Below, in pieces: positions 46,380 through 59,200 of a DNA stretch of 64,000 nucleotides. The notes beneath the pieces are model-generated. The model worked only from the letters and a program-made list of their open reading frames with translations. It was not told the DNA's origin and did not search any database. The position numbers and the translations under genes are program-made. Where the stretch lies: the NCBI RefSeq assembly GCF_032062105.1, contig NW_026935768.1, forward strand, positions 558,001 through 622,000, read 5' to 3'. Each line of letters starts with the position of its first letter. Within the stretch, counting starts at the first letter, position 1. The stretch is from Saccostrea cucullata (lineage: Eukaryota).

Positions 46380-46570
46380 CTTCATGCTGCTTGTCAGGTG
46401 GTGAAAAAGATACTGAGAGCTGCGACTGACAGTGGGTAAATGACTTGCTAAGTAGAGCCGTCAATCACCAATAGCACATATAGCAGACAAGTAAACCATG
46501 TTAAACTGACATACAATGTTATTGGAAGTTAGTCAACCGACAGCAGGTTCAAAGGTCATAGGTCAAACAA
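46380..46570 (-). promoter_or_regulatory. Candidate FoxP promoter for the 45843 exon
   Basis: Initiator-like TCAGTC (46429-46424) and TCAGTA (46416-46411) on the - strand, a CCAAT near 46468, and tandem AGGTCA half-sites at 46546-46565. Confidence 0.4.
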
Positions 46571-46959
46571 GACGTTTCCTTCAGTCTTGCGTTCTTTTTT
46601 TTTAAATGGTGTATTGAAAATACTTGAAACAGTATACCATTTTTGTTATTCCTTTTTATACACAACAGTGATCATGAAAGGAATATATTTTCATTCTTGG
46701 TTACTTACAAATTGCAGAATTTTTTTTTCTGCTGAGATGACAAAAATAAATATTTTAAGATTTACAAAACATAATTAAGCCTTGAGTTTGTCTGAATAGA
46801 AGATGATAACAGGCCAAAAAAGGGAAAAGCTCCCCCCCCCCAAAAAAAAATCTCAAGAGGAAAAATCACATATATCCTTATATGTGAGATACAATTTATT
46901 TTAAAAAAAATCGTTTTTGAGAAAAAAAGGTTTGTAAAATAACCAGTGGACTTTTTTTG

Positions 46960-47260
46960 TCTGTGTGTTTCTCTGTATTTTCACAAAAGCTGATTCTCTC
47001 TGTGTAATTTACCTGTATTTTTCTCTTTTAGCTTCACACTATTACAGGGGCTGATTCTCTTTCAGTATGTACTCATACACTCTTTGTCTGTTTGTTTCTC
47101 TGTTTCCCACACACCCTGATATTTTCTCTTTTTTTTTGGTCTGTACACCCCCCCCCCAACTCTCTTTGATTCTCTCTCTGTATGTACACATTCATTACTT
47201 GTCTGTATGTTTCTCTGTTTCCTTCATACCTTATAAATGCTTATTTTCTCTCTGTATGAA
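46960..47260. repeat. Degenerate pyrimidine-rich tandem repeat
   Basis: Recurring ctgattctct / tgtttctctgt / acac motifs. Confidence 0.5.
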
Positions 47261-48776
47261 CATGTAAATTAACATACATCCTACGCTTGTATTAGCAAAG
47301 ATTGGAATCCTATAATTAAAATAACATTTTACTCTCAATTTATAATTAACAATATACCTTATGAAGATAATTCAATTATTAAAAGTCAAACCTTTATTGA
47401 CTTTCAGTGAATATAATGTGATTTCATGCCACAAGTTGTTCACATGTGTTAATAAATTAATAATAATTCTAGACAGCTTGTGTTAATATGACCTAGAAAG
47501 TCCATACCTTACATGTTCAAAGGGAGATAAACTTTAGTAAAGCTCAGATCAATCCATTCCTCATAGAATACATCATGTGCATGTACATCAATGAGAATAA
47601 ACCAGTAGTTTAAAACAAAGACTAAATAGGACAAAAATTATAAAGGTTCAAGTAGGTTTAAAATACTCAAGAGAACACAGTGCAAAATCAAATTTAGGAA
47701 CTTATTAAATAAACCAACGAACTTTTTTCAGGGGTTATGTGCTAGATCTAAAGTGTTTAGAATAATCTTGATATACACTTCTAGGAAGGAAGTTCTTTCA
47801 GTGGGAAAACAATTACAATTTTATGAATATGCAATTACCTTTTTCACGGAGAATCTTCATGAATGGTTGAACGTGGAAACGGTGTAGGGTGAGGATCCAA
47901 GATCTTCTAGGAACTTCCTGGGCCTGAAATGTCAACGATTCATCATATACTCCAAAGGAAGTAATGCGGTATGAAAACTTACAGGTATCACTCAAACAAT
48001 ACTGCAAGTCTCAAAAATTCCCTCTCAACAAAATCAGCATGAAATAGAAATTAATTATAACATTTATAAAATGTCACATAAGTTATCGATATTCATAGTT
48101 TCCCTTGATTAATAATTAAAAAACCGCTATGTTGTAAAAATAGGCTGTATTAAAATTGGTGCATCCTTCTGTCAATAAGAATTTGATGACCCACTGAATA
48201 TTATTATTTTGTGGTTAATTTTTTTTATCTTCCTATTAAGACAATTAGTTCGTGTCCTTTTCTATTAGATGACACAACACAAAGTTATTTTTAAACACCT
48301 ATTAATATAAAAAGCTAATGCATTATCAAGCAATCTCACAAAATTTTTAGAGTACAAGAATGTGAAAAAACATCTCTTTTTATCTCTCTCTCAAAATTAC
48401 TAAAGTGGATCTGCACATTTCAACATTGATTTCATTGCTGAAGTAATCAACAAACTGTTTTTGTAATATTTTATTGGATAAATTAATGCTTGTCTAATAT
48501 AAATTTTTTTTTGAAATGCAAAAAAAAAAAAAAAATGTCTAATTAATTTAAGAAACATATACTGATTTAATTTCATTTGGAAATTTTTATGCAAACTGTT
48601 TTAAATATATACACTGCTTTTGTAAAAAGATAAAAAGGAAATACAGTGTATATAGAATCATCATTAAAAATATCTTTGTTTCCCCTAACCCGACCCTAAA
48701 TTCTCAAGTTGGGTAGGTAAGTAGGTAAATATTTTTTCTTACAACTTTGAAAATACATTCTAAATTTTGTATACTG

Positions 48777-49124
48777 GTCACGGTAGCCTAGTGGTAGAGC
48801 TTTCGCTTCGTGATCGGGAGGCCCGGGTTCGATTCTCGTTCGCGGCGCCGTGTCATACCTAAGACATAAACATGGGTAGTGACTGTTCCTTCGCCAAGCG
48901 CTTGGCACTAGAAATGAAAGTCACGGGTCTTTCAGATATGACCTTAATAACGTAGGTCCCGTGTCATGATAGGCGTTGGCACGATAAAGAACCCTCACTG
49001 CTCAATGGCCCTGAAAGCCGAGTATAGGTCTAAATTTGAAGCCCTTCACCAGCATCGGTGACGTCTCCATATGAGTGAAAACTTCTCGAGAGGGACGTTA
49101 AACAATGTACAATCAATCAATCAA
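48777..49124 (+). mobile_element. Near full-length tRNA-derived SINE
   Basis: A box TAGCCTAGTGG, B box GGTTCGATTC, conserved core (ggcgttggcacgataaagaaccctcactgctcaatggccc), (CAAT)n tail. Confidence 0.85.
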
Positions 49125-49422
49125 ATTTATAGAATTAATAATTATTTGAGCTTGTGAAATGGCTCACACCCGTGTTAATTTATTGAAATCAAATAGAGTA
49201 AATGCGTCTATTAATATTAGACGTTCGGGGATCTTCAGACAATAAAGTAAATAGCATTATGACGTACATGTAAAAACTTAGGTCCAGTCTAAGTTAAGAG
49301 CACTTCACCTGGCAAATGATAAAAAGTCATCCCAAAATTTTCAAAAGTTTAAAGTTATTTGAAGAAGCAACAAATCTTCAACAGCCAAATTACAGAAGAA
49401 TGCACTTGATGTACGTCTGTTT

Positions 49423-49700
49423 GCCAGCGTGGCACAGAGGTCTAAGAGCATCTGCTCTCGAGTCTAGAAGTAAGGAGCTGATCCTTAGGTCTAGGGTTCG
49501 AATCCACTGCAGGACATGGAAACTGGTCCTTCGGATTAAACCATATAAACAGAGGCAGGCCCAATATTCGAATCCACGCGAGACATGGAGACTTGTAATC
49601 CGAAGTCTCATGTTGCAGAAGGCGTTGGCACAAAAAAGATCCCTCACTGCTCAATGGCCCTCTGTACTGAGTAATTCGCTGAGTTTAGGTATAAATTTGA
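49423..49700 (+). mobile_element. tRNA-derived SINE with a different head and the same core
   Basis: A box TGGCACAGAGG, B box GGTTCGAATCC (partly duplicated at about 49567), core ggcgttggcacaaaaaagatccctcactgctcaatggccc. Confidence 0.75.
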
Positions 49701-50132
49701 GACAGGCCATACCATGCTTACTCCCTTCCTTAATTTTAAAAGACAAGTTTATAAAAACCACCGAAACACTTTTAAATTAGCCATGAGATATTTTATTAAC
49801 TAAATGGTTCAAGAGTGTAGGACTCTAATAAGCTAAAGGCATAAGGTTGATACGTCGCCTTGTTTTATAATGCAAACTACTCTGTGATCGCATGTTGTGG
49901 GCACTGAATTGTTTCCTACAAATGCTTGAAAATCACAGCAGAATAAAATCGGCTGTTGTGATAAAAACGGATTTTGATGAAATTGTATTTTGTAAAAGTT
50001 GATAAACATAAAAAAAAAACATTTGAATTATGTTAACCAAAAAACTTCAGTCAGCTGTTTTAATTGGGTCGGTCGCGTTAGGGGAAACAAAGGTATTTTT
50101 TATTTTGGCCTAGTATATAATTATATATTTAA

Positions 50133-51804
50133 AACAAGAGGCCCATGGGCCTTATAGGTCACCTGAGCATTATGCAACAACTTTCCAGTGATTTAATTTG
50201 ATTCATGTTTTAAGCCAGATGCTATGGCGTTCACAATTTTGAAAGAGGCACCATTGATCATCATAACAATACACTAACCAGTCGCTTAGTTTGTTTACTT
50301 AATACCCATAAGCTGGGTTGGGGAACAAAAAATGCATTTCAAGTAATCAGTAACATTCAGCAATAATCAGTAATGCCCCTATCACACATGAACCCCTGAC
50401 CCTTAGGCTTAGATCCACACATTGCACAATTTTTTGAAAAGGCACCCTTGCTTTTCAAAAATATTTGATTAATACCAAGGAGCAGATCTCAAACATTCAT
50501 CCAGTTTCAGTATATAAGAACACCCCCCCCCATGGTACCCCTGACCCTGGGGCCTTGAAATTCACAATTCTGGAAGATTAGGGTCCCTGCTCATTATAAC
50601 TACATAGGTAGTTCATCTGCTTAATACCCAAGAGCAGAGAAGAAAATTTTCAAAGATTTAATGTATTTTCAATATATAATCATAAGAGCCCCACCCTATC
50701 AATAGAACCCCTGACCCTAGGGCCATAAAATCAAAATTTAGGAAGAGGTATTCTTGCTCATCATAACTATGCACTTAGTTAGTTTATTTAATTCCTAGGA
50801 GCAGAAAAGAAATTCTTTCAAAGAATTCATGTATTTTCATTATATAATCAATAGAGCCTAACACCCCAACCCTGACGCTGAGGCCACAAAATTCACAATT
50901 TTGGTAGAGGTACTCTTGCTCATCATAACTATGCACTTAGTTAGTTTATTTAATACCCAGGAGCAGAGAAGAAGATTTTCATAGAATTCATGAATTTCCG
51001 CTATATAATCAATAGAGTCCCGCCCTTACACCAGAACCCCTGACCCTGGGGCCACAAAATTCACAATTTTGGTAGAGGCACTCTTGTTCATCATAACTAT
51101 GCACTTAGTTAGTTTATTTAATACCCAGGAGCAGAGAAGACGATTTTCATAAAATTCATGTATTTTCACTATATAATCAATAGAGCCCCACCCTAACACC
51201 AGAACCCCTGACCCTAGGGCCATAAAATTCACAATTTTGGTAGAGGCACTCTTGCTCATCATAACTATGCACTTAGTTAGTTTATTTAATACCCAGGAGC
51301 AGAGAAGAAGATTTTCAAAGAATTCATGAATTTTCACTATATCATCAATAGAGCCCCGCCCTTACACCAGAACCCCTGACCCTGGGGCCACAAAATTCAC
51401 AATTTTGGTAGAGGCACTCTTGTTCATCATAACTATGCACTTAGTTAGTTTATTTAATACCCAGGAGCAGAGAAGAAGATTTTCATAAAATTCATGTATT
51501 TTCACTATATAATCAATAGAGCCCCGCCCTAACACCAGAACCCCTGGCCCTAGCGCCATAAAATTCACAATTTTGGTAGAGGCACTCTTGCTCATCATAA
51601 CTATGCACTTAGTTAGTTTATTTAATACCCAGGAGCAGAGAAGAAGATTTTCAAAGAATTCATAAATTTTCACTATATAATCTATAGAGCCCCACCCTAA
51701 CACCAGAACCCCTGACCCTGGGGCCATAAAATTCACAATTTTGGTAGAGGCACTCTTGCTCATCATAACTATGCACTTAGTTAGTTTATTTAATACCCAG
51801 GAGC

Positions 51805-51838
<34 letters not shown>

Positions 51839-52084
51839 CACTATATATTTATTTAGCCCCGCCCTAGCACTAGAACCCCTGACCCCAGGGCCATGAATTT
51901 CACAATTTTGGTAGAGGACTCAATGATGATTACAATCATGCAAACAGTTTGACTGCTTGATGTCCAGGAGTAAAGAAGAAGATTTTTAAAGATTGCAATA
52001 ATTTTAGTGGTTTTTGCCCCACCCCTCAGGCCCCAGGGGGGCAGGGACCCTGAAATTCATAATTTTTGTTTCCCTTCACCCATA

Positions 52085-52115
<31 letters not shown>

Positions 52116-52250
52116 TTCAGTGGTTGCAGAGAAGAAGCTGAAAATGTTCAAATGTTAACGGATGACGCACGACGCACAGACGCACGACGACGGACGAAAA
52201 CAGATAGCAAATGCAATAGGTCACCTGAGTTTACTCAGGTGACCTAAAAA
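50133..52250 (+). mobile_element. Non-autonomous Helentron-like element with 168 bp satellite array
   Basis: 5' aacaagaggcccatgggcc..aggtcacctgag; 168 bp units (taatacccag at 50951 and 51791 are 5 x 168 apart); (GAC)n-like tract; 3' hairpin aggtcacctgagt-tt-actcaggtgacct. Confidence 0.9.
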
Positions 52251-54369
52251 TGAAGGAAAAGACATCCAAGATAGGTATGGGTACAGCAGGGGCATATTGG
52301 AGTCGGAAGCTGGGGGGGGGGGGGGCTTAGCCATCCCAACCACTATTTTTGCAAAGATTGATATCATATAGGTATCAAACATTGGGGCATAGGTTTAGCC
52401 CCCCTTTTCAACAGGCAAGTTGCAGTGTAGTCAAAATAGAATTTTCATGTTAGGACAATAGACACATTTCCTTTTTTTTTTTCTTTTTTTGCTTGTCAAG
52501 TTTTTCATGTTTGAATTTTTTTTCTCTTTCTCTCCCACACCCCCCCCCCTTTCAATTTGCTTCCAACACCAATGAGGGGTAAAGACTCCAAGACAGATTT
52601 TGTGAGCTTTAATAAGGAACTTTTGGGTCCATAAATTTTTAAAAAGGTCCATTCTTTTCTTAATGTGTATATACATGTACTAAATAACTTAATTAATTTC
52701 TTGGCAGTACGTAAGTTCTTATGAAAATTCAAAAGATAAAGAGTCTGTAAATTTTAAGAACTTTTTAAATTATACTTTTAAAATTGAGCTTTAGTTTTTT
52801 AAAAATACTTTCAATTCTCACCTTTGTTTTTTTTTTAAATGTTAATATCATGTTAAAAGTGCAAAAAACATGAAGAAATTGTCTCTGATTAGCATTATTA
52901 TATAATAACATTTAAAATATAAAGAAAATTGGTTCGACAACAAAATTAGAGAAATTTGAACTTTTAGATAATTATAACTAACAACGTGTATCGATCAGCA
53001 TTTTCATTGCTGGAACATACTGTCTAGAAACATACAAAATGGCATGTTAATAATGGCATGTACATGACTGATAAACTCTAGCAGTGTCCAAACAACACTT
53101 AATTTCACAGCTAGTGGTCATTATAACAAATCCTGATAATTAGGTCCACTATGACCATTACCAGACACCATTCAGACAGTACACTACTGTCACTTTTATG
53201 TTCCTAGTGTATATGTTGTCATTTACCAAACCTCCCCATCTACTGATGCATTGTGGGGGAATTCCCACAGTCCAATCATAGAGATGGCATTGTTTATTGA
53301 GACAGGTACATGTGTATGTCTTGTTTTTTATTTGGTTGGATTGTCACCTCTGGGCTCACTTTGTTACACCTGAATCCCAAACAATCATCAAAACACATGT
53401 TGTTCTCTCCCTTTGTGCTGACATAATAATACTTATTACATAACTATACATTTGTAGACAGGCAACAATTCATTTGTTGTTAACAACTTTATGATTATAG
53501 CACATGAAAGATATGGTCCCTTCTGTCGACATATTGATGGGGAGAGGTCTGAAATAGGCTTTGCCTGCTGCACAACTCCATTCACTTTTATTTTGTGAAT
53601 AAAATCATGTATTTTAATTGAACTGTTTTGAACTAAATCAAGGACCATGGCCAAGAAAGTATTTTCAATAAAAATCCGATTAGCATATCCATTATCCATT
53701 AATGAAATTCTCTGTTTCACCTTTTCTTCAATCCTCTTTCATAATATACCAGTACATGTATCATATTATAAAGACATAGGAAAGGCACAGTTTATGGAGA
53801 GAGAAAAGGTTTTATTAATACACAAGTCATATCATTTATAAAATAATTGATTAGAGTGATCTCCCATGTAGAATTCCCTAATATGGTGAAAACCATAAAG
53901 TGCAAGTTACAGAGCTTCCTTAAATCAATAAGAATCATCTCTACAGCAGCAAGAAAGAAAAGCAGAGATGGCTTTAAAATTTGTCTTAAAAGGCTGATAT
54001 TTTAAGCACCATCTTCAAAAATACCTAAAAATGTCTGTGTACCCCTGTCAATCAAATGCATTAAGGTCTCTCACTGGATGATCGAACTTGATTGACATTT
54101 CCTTACTAGTCCCTGTGTATACCCTGTACACCTTGTTTGGTACTCCTTGCAAACTTGAAATTAATTAACACACATTTATTAAGGCTTGCCTTATAAGTCT
54201 AAAACCTTATGTATTGCAGGTTTGCATGGTTCTCATGTTCACACACTAAGACAAGACTATAAATACAAGATTGCAAACACGTACTTCCTAGATTCCATGT
54301 GTTTTTGACCCATAAACAGAACACATCATTAAAATAGAAGGATAGCTAGATTTCTAGTTAAGACTTTGA

Positions 54370-54473
54370 AATAATTTACTGATCTGTGCATTCACACTTC
54401 TTAACAAAGAGGAGGTGGTTGCAACAACCTCCTCTTTGTTAAGAAGTGTGAATGCACAGATCAGTAAATTATT
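54370..54473. repeat. 104 bp near-perfect palindrome
   Basis: 47 bp perfect arms (54370-54416 and 54427-54473), one mismatched pair, then a self-complementary GTTGCAAC centre. Confidence 0.95.
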
Positions 54474-54599
54474 CAGACCAGAAGCATTTGCTGATAATTT
54501 CATTATCATGACATATTCGAATATACTTCATCATGTTCAATCTACCCATATGTACGGTTTTATAAAAATAGATTGAAATTTGGGTAAATGGTTTTCATT

Positions 54600-55976
54600 G
54601 GTTGAGAAGTCCAAGGGGAATAAGTGATATTTACTCTTATGATAAATCTGTCTACCAAATTTCATTTCAGTATGTGCAACCTCTGCAAAAAAGAAGAGGC
54701 CCAGGGGCCAAATCGCTCACCTGAGCACATCAGCAAGGCACAAATCAAATCAGAATTAAAAAGTTTACTGATGGGGGTGGGGTGGGGTGGGCGGGTTGAA
54801 TTTTAATACATGTACTACTTGAGAATGCCTCCAAATCAATACAGCCTATAACTTTGCTGTTCTTGAGAAAAAGATTTTAAAAGATTTTTTTACCTTTTGT
54901 TCCTATATATTACTTCGTAATAATTTGAATTTGATTCTCCATTGCTTCCCTCCCTACCCCAAAGGTTCAGGATTTGAACAAATTAAATCCTCAATACATG
55001 AGGATGCTTACATGTCAATATGACTAAACATAGCTTTTCTGTTCTTGGGATTTTTTCCTTTATTTTCCTATGTAAAACTTTGACCCACCATTGAGACCCT
55101 ACCCTACCCTTGGAGGTTTATGATTGAACAAATTTAATTCTACACTACCTGAGGATGCTACCATATAAATATCACTAATCATGACTTTGCTATTCTTGAG
55201 AAGAAGTTTTTTTTTTTTTTATATTTTAATGTAAAACTTGGATCCCCCATTGTGGCCCCACCCTATCCCCGGGGGTTATGATTTGAACAAAGTAGAATCT
55301 AAACTACCTGAGGATGCTTCCATATAAATATCACTAAGCATGGCTTTGCAGTACTTGAGAAGACTTTTAAGATTTTTCCTATATATTCCTATGTAAAATT
55401 TTGGTTGGCCATTGTGGCCCCGTCCTACCCCCAGGGGTCATGAGTTGAACAAACTTTAATCTACACTACCTGAGGATGATACAACATGACTTTCATCTTT
55501 CCTGTCCCTATGGATCTTGAGAAGAAGATTTTTAAAGATTTTTCCTATATATTCCTATGTAAAACTTTGATTGGCCATTGTGGCTCCATCTTATCCCCCC
55601 AGGGGTCATGGTTTTAACAAACTTCAATCTTCACTACCTGAGGATGATTCAACATGAGTTTCATCTTTCATGTCCCTATGGATCTTGAGAAGAAGATTTT
55701 TAAAGATTTTTCCTATATATTCCTACGTAAAACTTTGATCGGCCATTGTGGCCCCACCCGTCTCCCTGGGGTCATGATTTGAATAAATTTAAATCTACAC
55801 TACCATAGGATGATTTCACATGAGTTTCAACCTTCTGGCCCAATGGTTCTTAAGAAAAAGATTTTTTTTAAATGCCATTAATTTTCTACTAATTCATAAC
55901 TATCTCCCCTTGGAAGAGGGCGTGGCCCTTCATTTGAACAAAATTGAATCCCCTTTACCTAAGGATACTTTGTGGA

Positions 55977-56013
<37 letters not shown>

Positions 56014-56205
56014 AAGATGAAAATGTGAAAAGTTTATAAAGACTACCAACAACGACGACAGACAATGGAAAAATTTTGATCAGAAAAGCTCTCTTGAGCC
56101 TTCGGCTCACGTGAGCTAAAACTGAACAGAAACTTGGTGGACCGACAGACCAACTGACAGCGGCAAAACAATATGCTCTCCCTTCTTCGAAGGGGCATAA
56201 TAAAA
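54600..56205 (+). mobile_element. Helentron-like element with a satellite of about 167 bp (54691-56120) nested in the 3' part of another one
   Basis: Inner: gaggcccaggggcc..gctcacctgag, units at about 55405/55571/55740, 3' hairpin gagcc-ttc-ggctc..gagctaaa. Outer: ...caacctctgcaaaa | actgaacagaaact...(GACC/GACA)n, hairpin atgctctcccttcttcgaaggggcat. Confidence 0.85.
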
Positions 56206-59200
56206 AAATACCTTGCAGATAGCAGTAAGTTGAGAATGGAAGCACTTCACTGTTCATACAACTACATGCAGTCCTGCAGAACTGCAAGAATCTATTCTCT
56301 CCAAAAACAACTGATGAGACTGGACTCTGTTTGTGAAAAAATTTTAATATGATAATCCTTGATGATTTTCATATTTTCATAAAAGTTTTTTCCAGAATTG
56401 CCAACAAAAATGCTGTTTAGAGAGCATTACCCCCAAGTAAAATTTTATAAAGTTACCCAAAATTACTTGCTTTAAAGTGCTCTTGATGTGGACAGGTTGA
56501 TTACATTGGTACCTTTAATTAGCATTTTACCAATTAATTTCCATTCAAATATTTAGATAACTTTAAAATATCAATCCGTATCTGATAATAAAGAGTCAAA
56601 ACCATGACAGTTGCAAATAGTTAATGAAGGAATCACTCACAGACGAAAGTTTATATAACCCAACAGAAGTTCAAATTTTTTGTCCAGTTTTGTGATAATC
56701 TCATGATATTTGAAAGACTTAAACATATTAACACCTTTTGTATAAAGAAGACAATTAAAGAATAATAGCCATGAACCTAACCTTGATGAGAGATTGCATG
56801 ACAGACAGATAGACCACTGTGAATACTTATAAGAACATATGCATGATGCGATAAAAAATGCCTGTGGGCCTTAAGACTTACCTGGAAACATGCATGACTT
56901 GAGCTCTTGGCAATAACACTGCTTCATTCTGACAACTGATTGCACAGTTTTTGGTCTAGATTTTATTCATATTCTTCATAAAATTTGACTTTGCCAGAAA
57001 TCAGAGTTCATATTGTCAAAGACTTCTCAAAAATAAAAGATGTTTCCTAAATCATGTTCCTACCCAGATGCCTAGGCATTTCCTGTCACAGGGAAAGGTT
57101 TTTTTCTAATTTGTAAGAACTTGTAACCAATCCTTTTGTCTGAATTATGCAATAAAATATGTGTTCAAAACAAATTTCCTGTTAGCATCTGACCTTGAAA
57201 TACAACCTTGACCTGTCATAAAATGGATATTCTTATCTTTTCAAATTTGAAAATATCTTATGGGCACAGAAAAAAATCTTAAAATTTTGTAGCTGAATAA
57301 TCAAAAAATAAAAGGACATTGCTAACATCTTGCAGTCCTTCCTTGAAGGACAATGCCCGAATCACCAGGCCTCAATGCAATATATCACTGCACTTAATAA
57401 TTTTGTGTTAAATTAAATGTAATGTGCAAGGCTACTTGCTGTTTACATAACTTTTATTACTTAATTGTTATTGCTTATAAAAATTCTTGTCAGTGCAGTA
57501 ATGTAAATCAGCCCAGATCCCCCTTCTTTGTTTTGTGTGTTGAACTTGAATAAATGTTACATTTGTAAAGAAAGGATGCTCATTTTTTTGCAGTTTCAAT
57601 TTCAAGCGATTTTTCACTTATTATGTACTGATCACTGAAATCAATGAAAACATTCTGTACTTCTGGTCCGATTGCCTACTTTTAACAAAAATCATCGATA
57701 TCAAACAATTTGGAATATGGCATTCAATATTTCCTTAGACACAAACATTTGTTCTGAGAGTGGAAAACTCTGAATGTTTGTGTTTTGCCAAAGGATATAA
57801 TCCCTGCTTAAAAATCAATAACAGCTCCTAATAAAAGATATTAGATAAAACCCCGCTCAATGGTATGAAACAGTCAACATTGTACTTATATGTCATTTAC
57901 AAAGAACACTAGGTAAATATTGGGATATGAGGATTGTTCACCGTTACAGGGCAATATCCGCAGAAATGTTTCTCAAAATCACACAATTGTGTCTCGATCA
58001 TCACCCAATTAACTGTGTGGGGATCAATTTGTAAGATCATCCTCTGGGTTACCTTTGAGATCTCTGATTACATCTTCCCTATAGTTCAGATCTGAAAATG
58101 TGTGTATTTATTCTTGTGAAATGAATTGATAAATTTTCAGCAGAACAGCAATAATTGATTTAACTGTATATACTAGCATAAAAATTAAAAAAAAAAATAC
58201 TCTCAATTGATTGCAGAGGAAGTCACATATCTATTTATATCTAAATATATATTCACATGTAGAAGAATGAATTATAAAAAAATGTAAAAACAGTAAATAA
58301 GGGTAACAACTCTGTATTGTAACGATTAGATTCATTCAACATTGTATTCTAAGGGAAATAACTCTCTACTTACTCATTCAGGAATCTAAATGTTGCTAAA
58401 TTTAGTGTCTGGATTATTAGTGATGAATGATCAGGGGGCTGCGAAAAATGTCCTGAACCATGTAGATTAGATCCACTACATGTACCGGTAGTTCTAACAC
58501 CTTTTTGATTTTTTTCTCTAAATAATATATGCTATCTAAGTCATATTGAAAAAAAGAGTCATTTGTGACTTAGTCTGCTAAACTTTTAACACTCAGTGGT
58601 TGAAGTTTTTGGGATTTAATATTTTCGTTGTACACATATGACACATTAAGTGCATTAATACATGCACAGAGAGGTGTTTTGAATTGAAAAAAATAATGTA
58701 TTTCTGAATCAAAACTTTCTGTACATGTACACTGATGGAAAAATTGCAAATTACTGCATTTACTCATTCACATCCCTGACACCCTCCACTGAAAAAAACA
58801 AACAAACTGCCACTACCTTTAAACAAAGAATCAATATCCCAATCCTCGATTTATCCCCGGTTACACATCACACGTCAGCCCAAAACAGAATTATTTTGTC
58901 TGTGCCTTATCGTCAGTTGTTTGGATTTATTCACTAGAGTTAGTTTGGCATAAAACAAACTTTTCTGGGTGGTTTTTTCCAACAAAAAAGTAAACAAATA
59001 CCTTTCAAACAGAACAACCCTTCTCTTGACATAGGCTGGATTTTTTTTACCGCGAGCTTCAATGTGACTACTCTCCTGTACTCACTCTGTATGCCATGCC
59101 TACAATCATAAACAAAACATTTATATATAAAGTAAAATGTCACAAATGTGTAGAAATTATCATTACTTTATTTTTGTCAATATCTGTTTGTATCAATTAG

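Larger units (their letters stand above)
48666..50110. mobile_element. TIR-type DNA element hosting two SINE insertions
   Basis: ctttgtttcccctaac.cgacc (about 48674) is inverted relative to ggtcgcgttaggggaaacaaag (about 50071). Confidence 0.55.

Noticed and set aside
48777-48850. tRNA-like sequence with A and B boxes
   Set aside because: It continues into a SINE core and (CAAT)n tail and lacks a proper acceptor stem, so it is a SINE head rather than a tRNA gene.
51026-51841. ORFs of 103 and 159 aa with a 56-aa periodicity
   Set aside because: They are translations of the 168 bp satellite unit (a multiple of 3) inside a non-autonomous element, with no gene structure.
56311-56340. CTGATGA...GAAA hammerhead ribozyme-like core (also TGATGA..GAAAC at about 7301)
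   Set aside because: No stem II pairing or flanking stems could be formed by eye.
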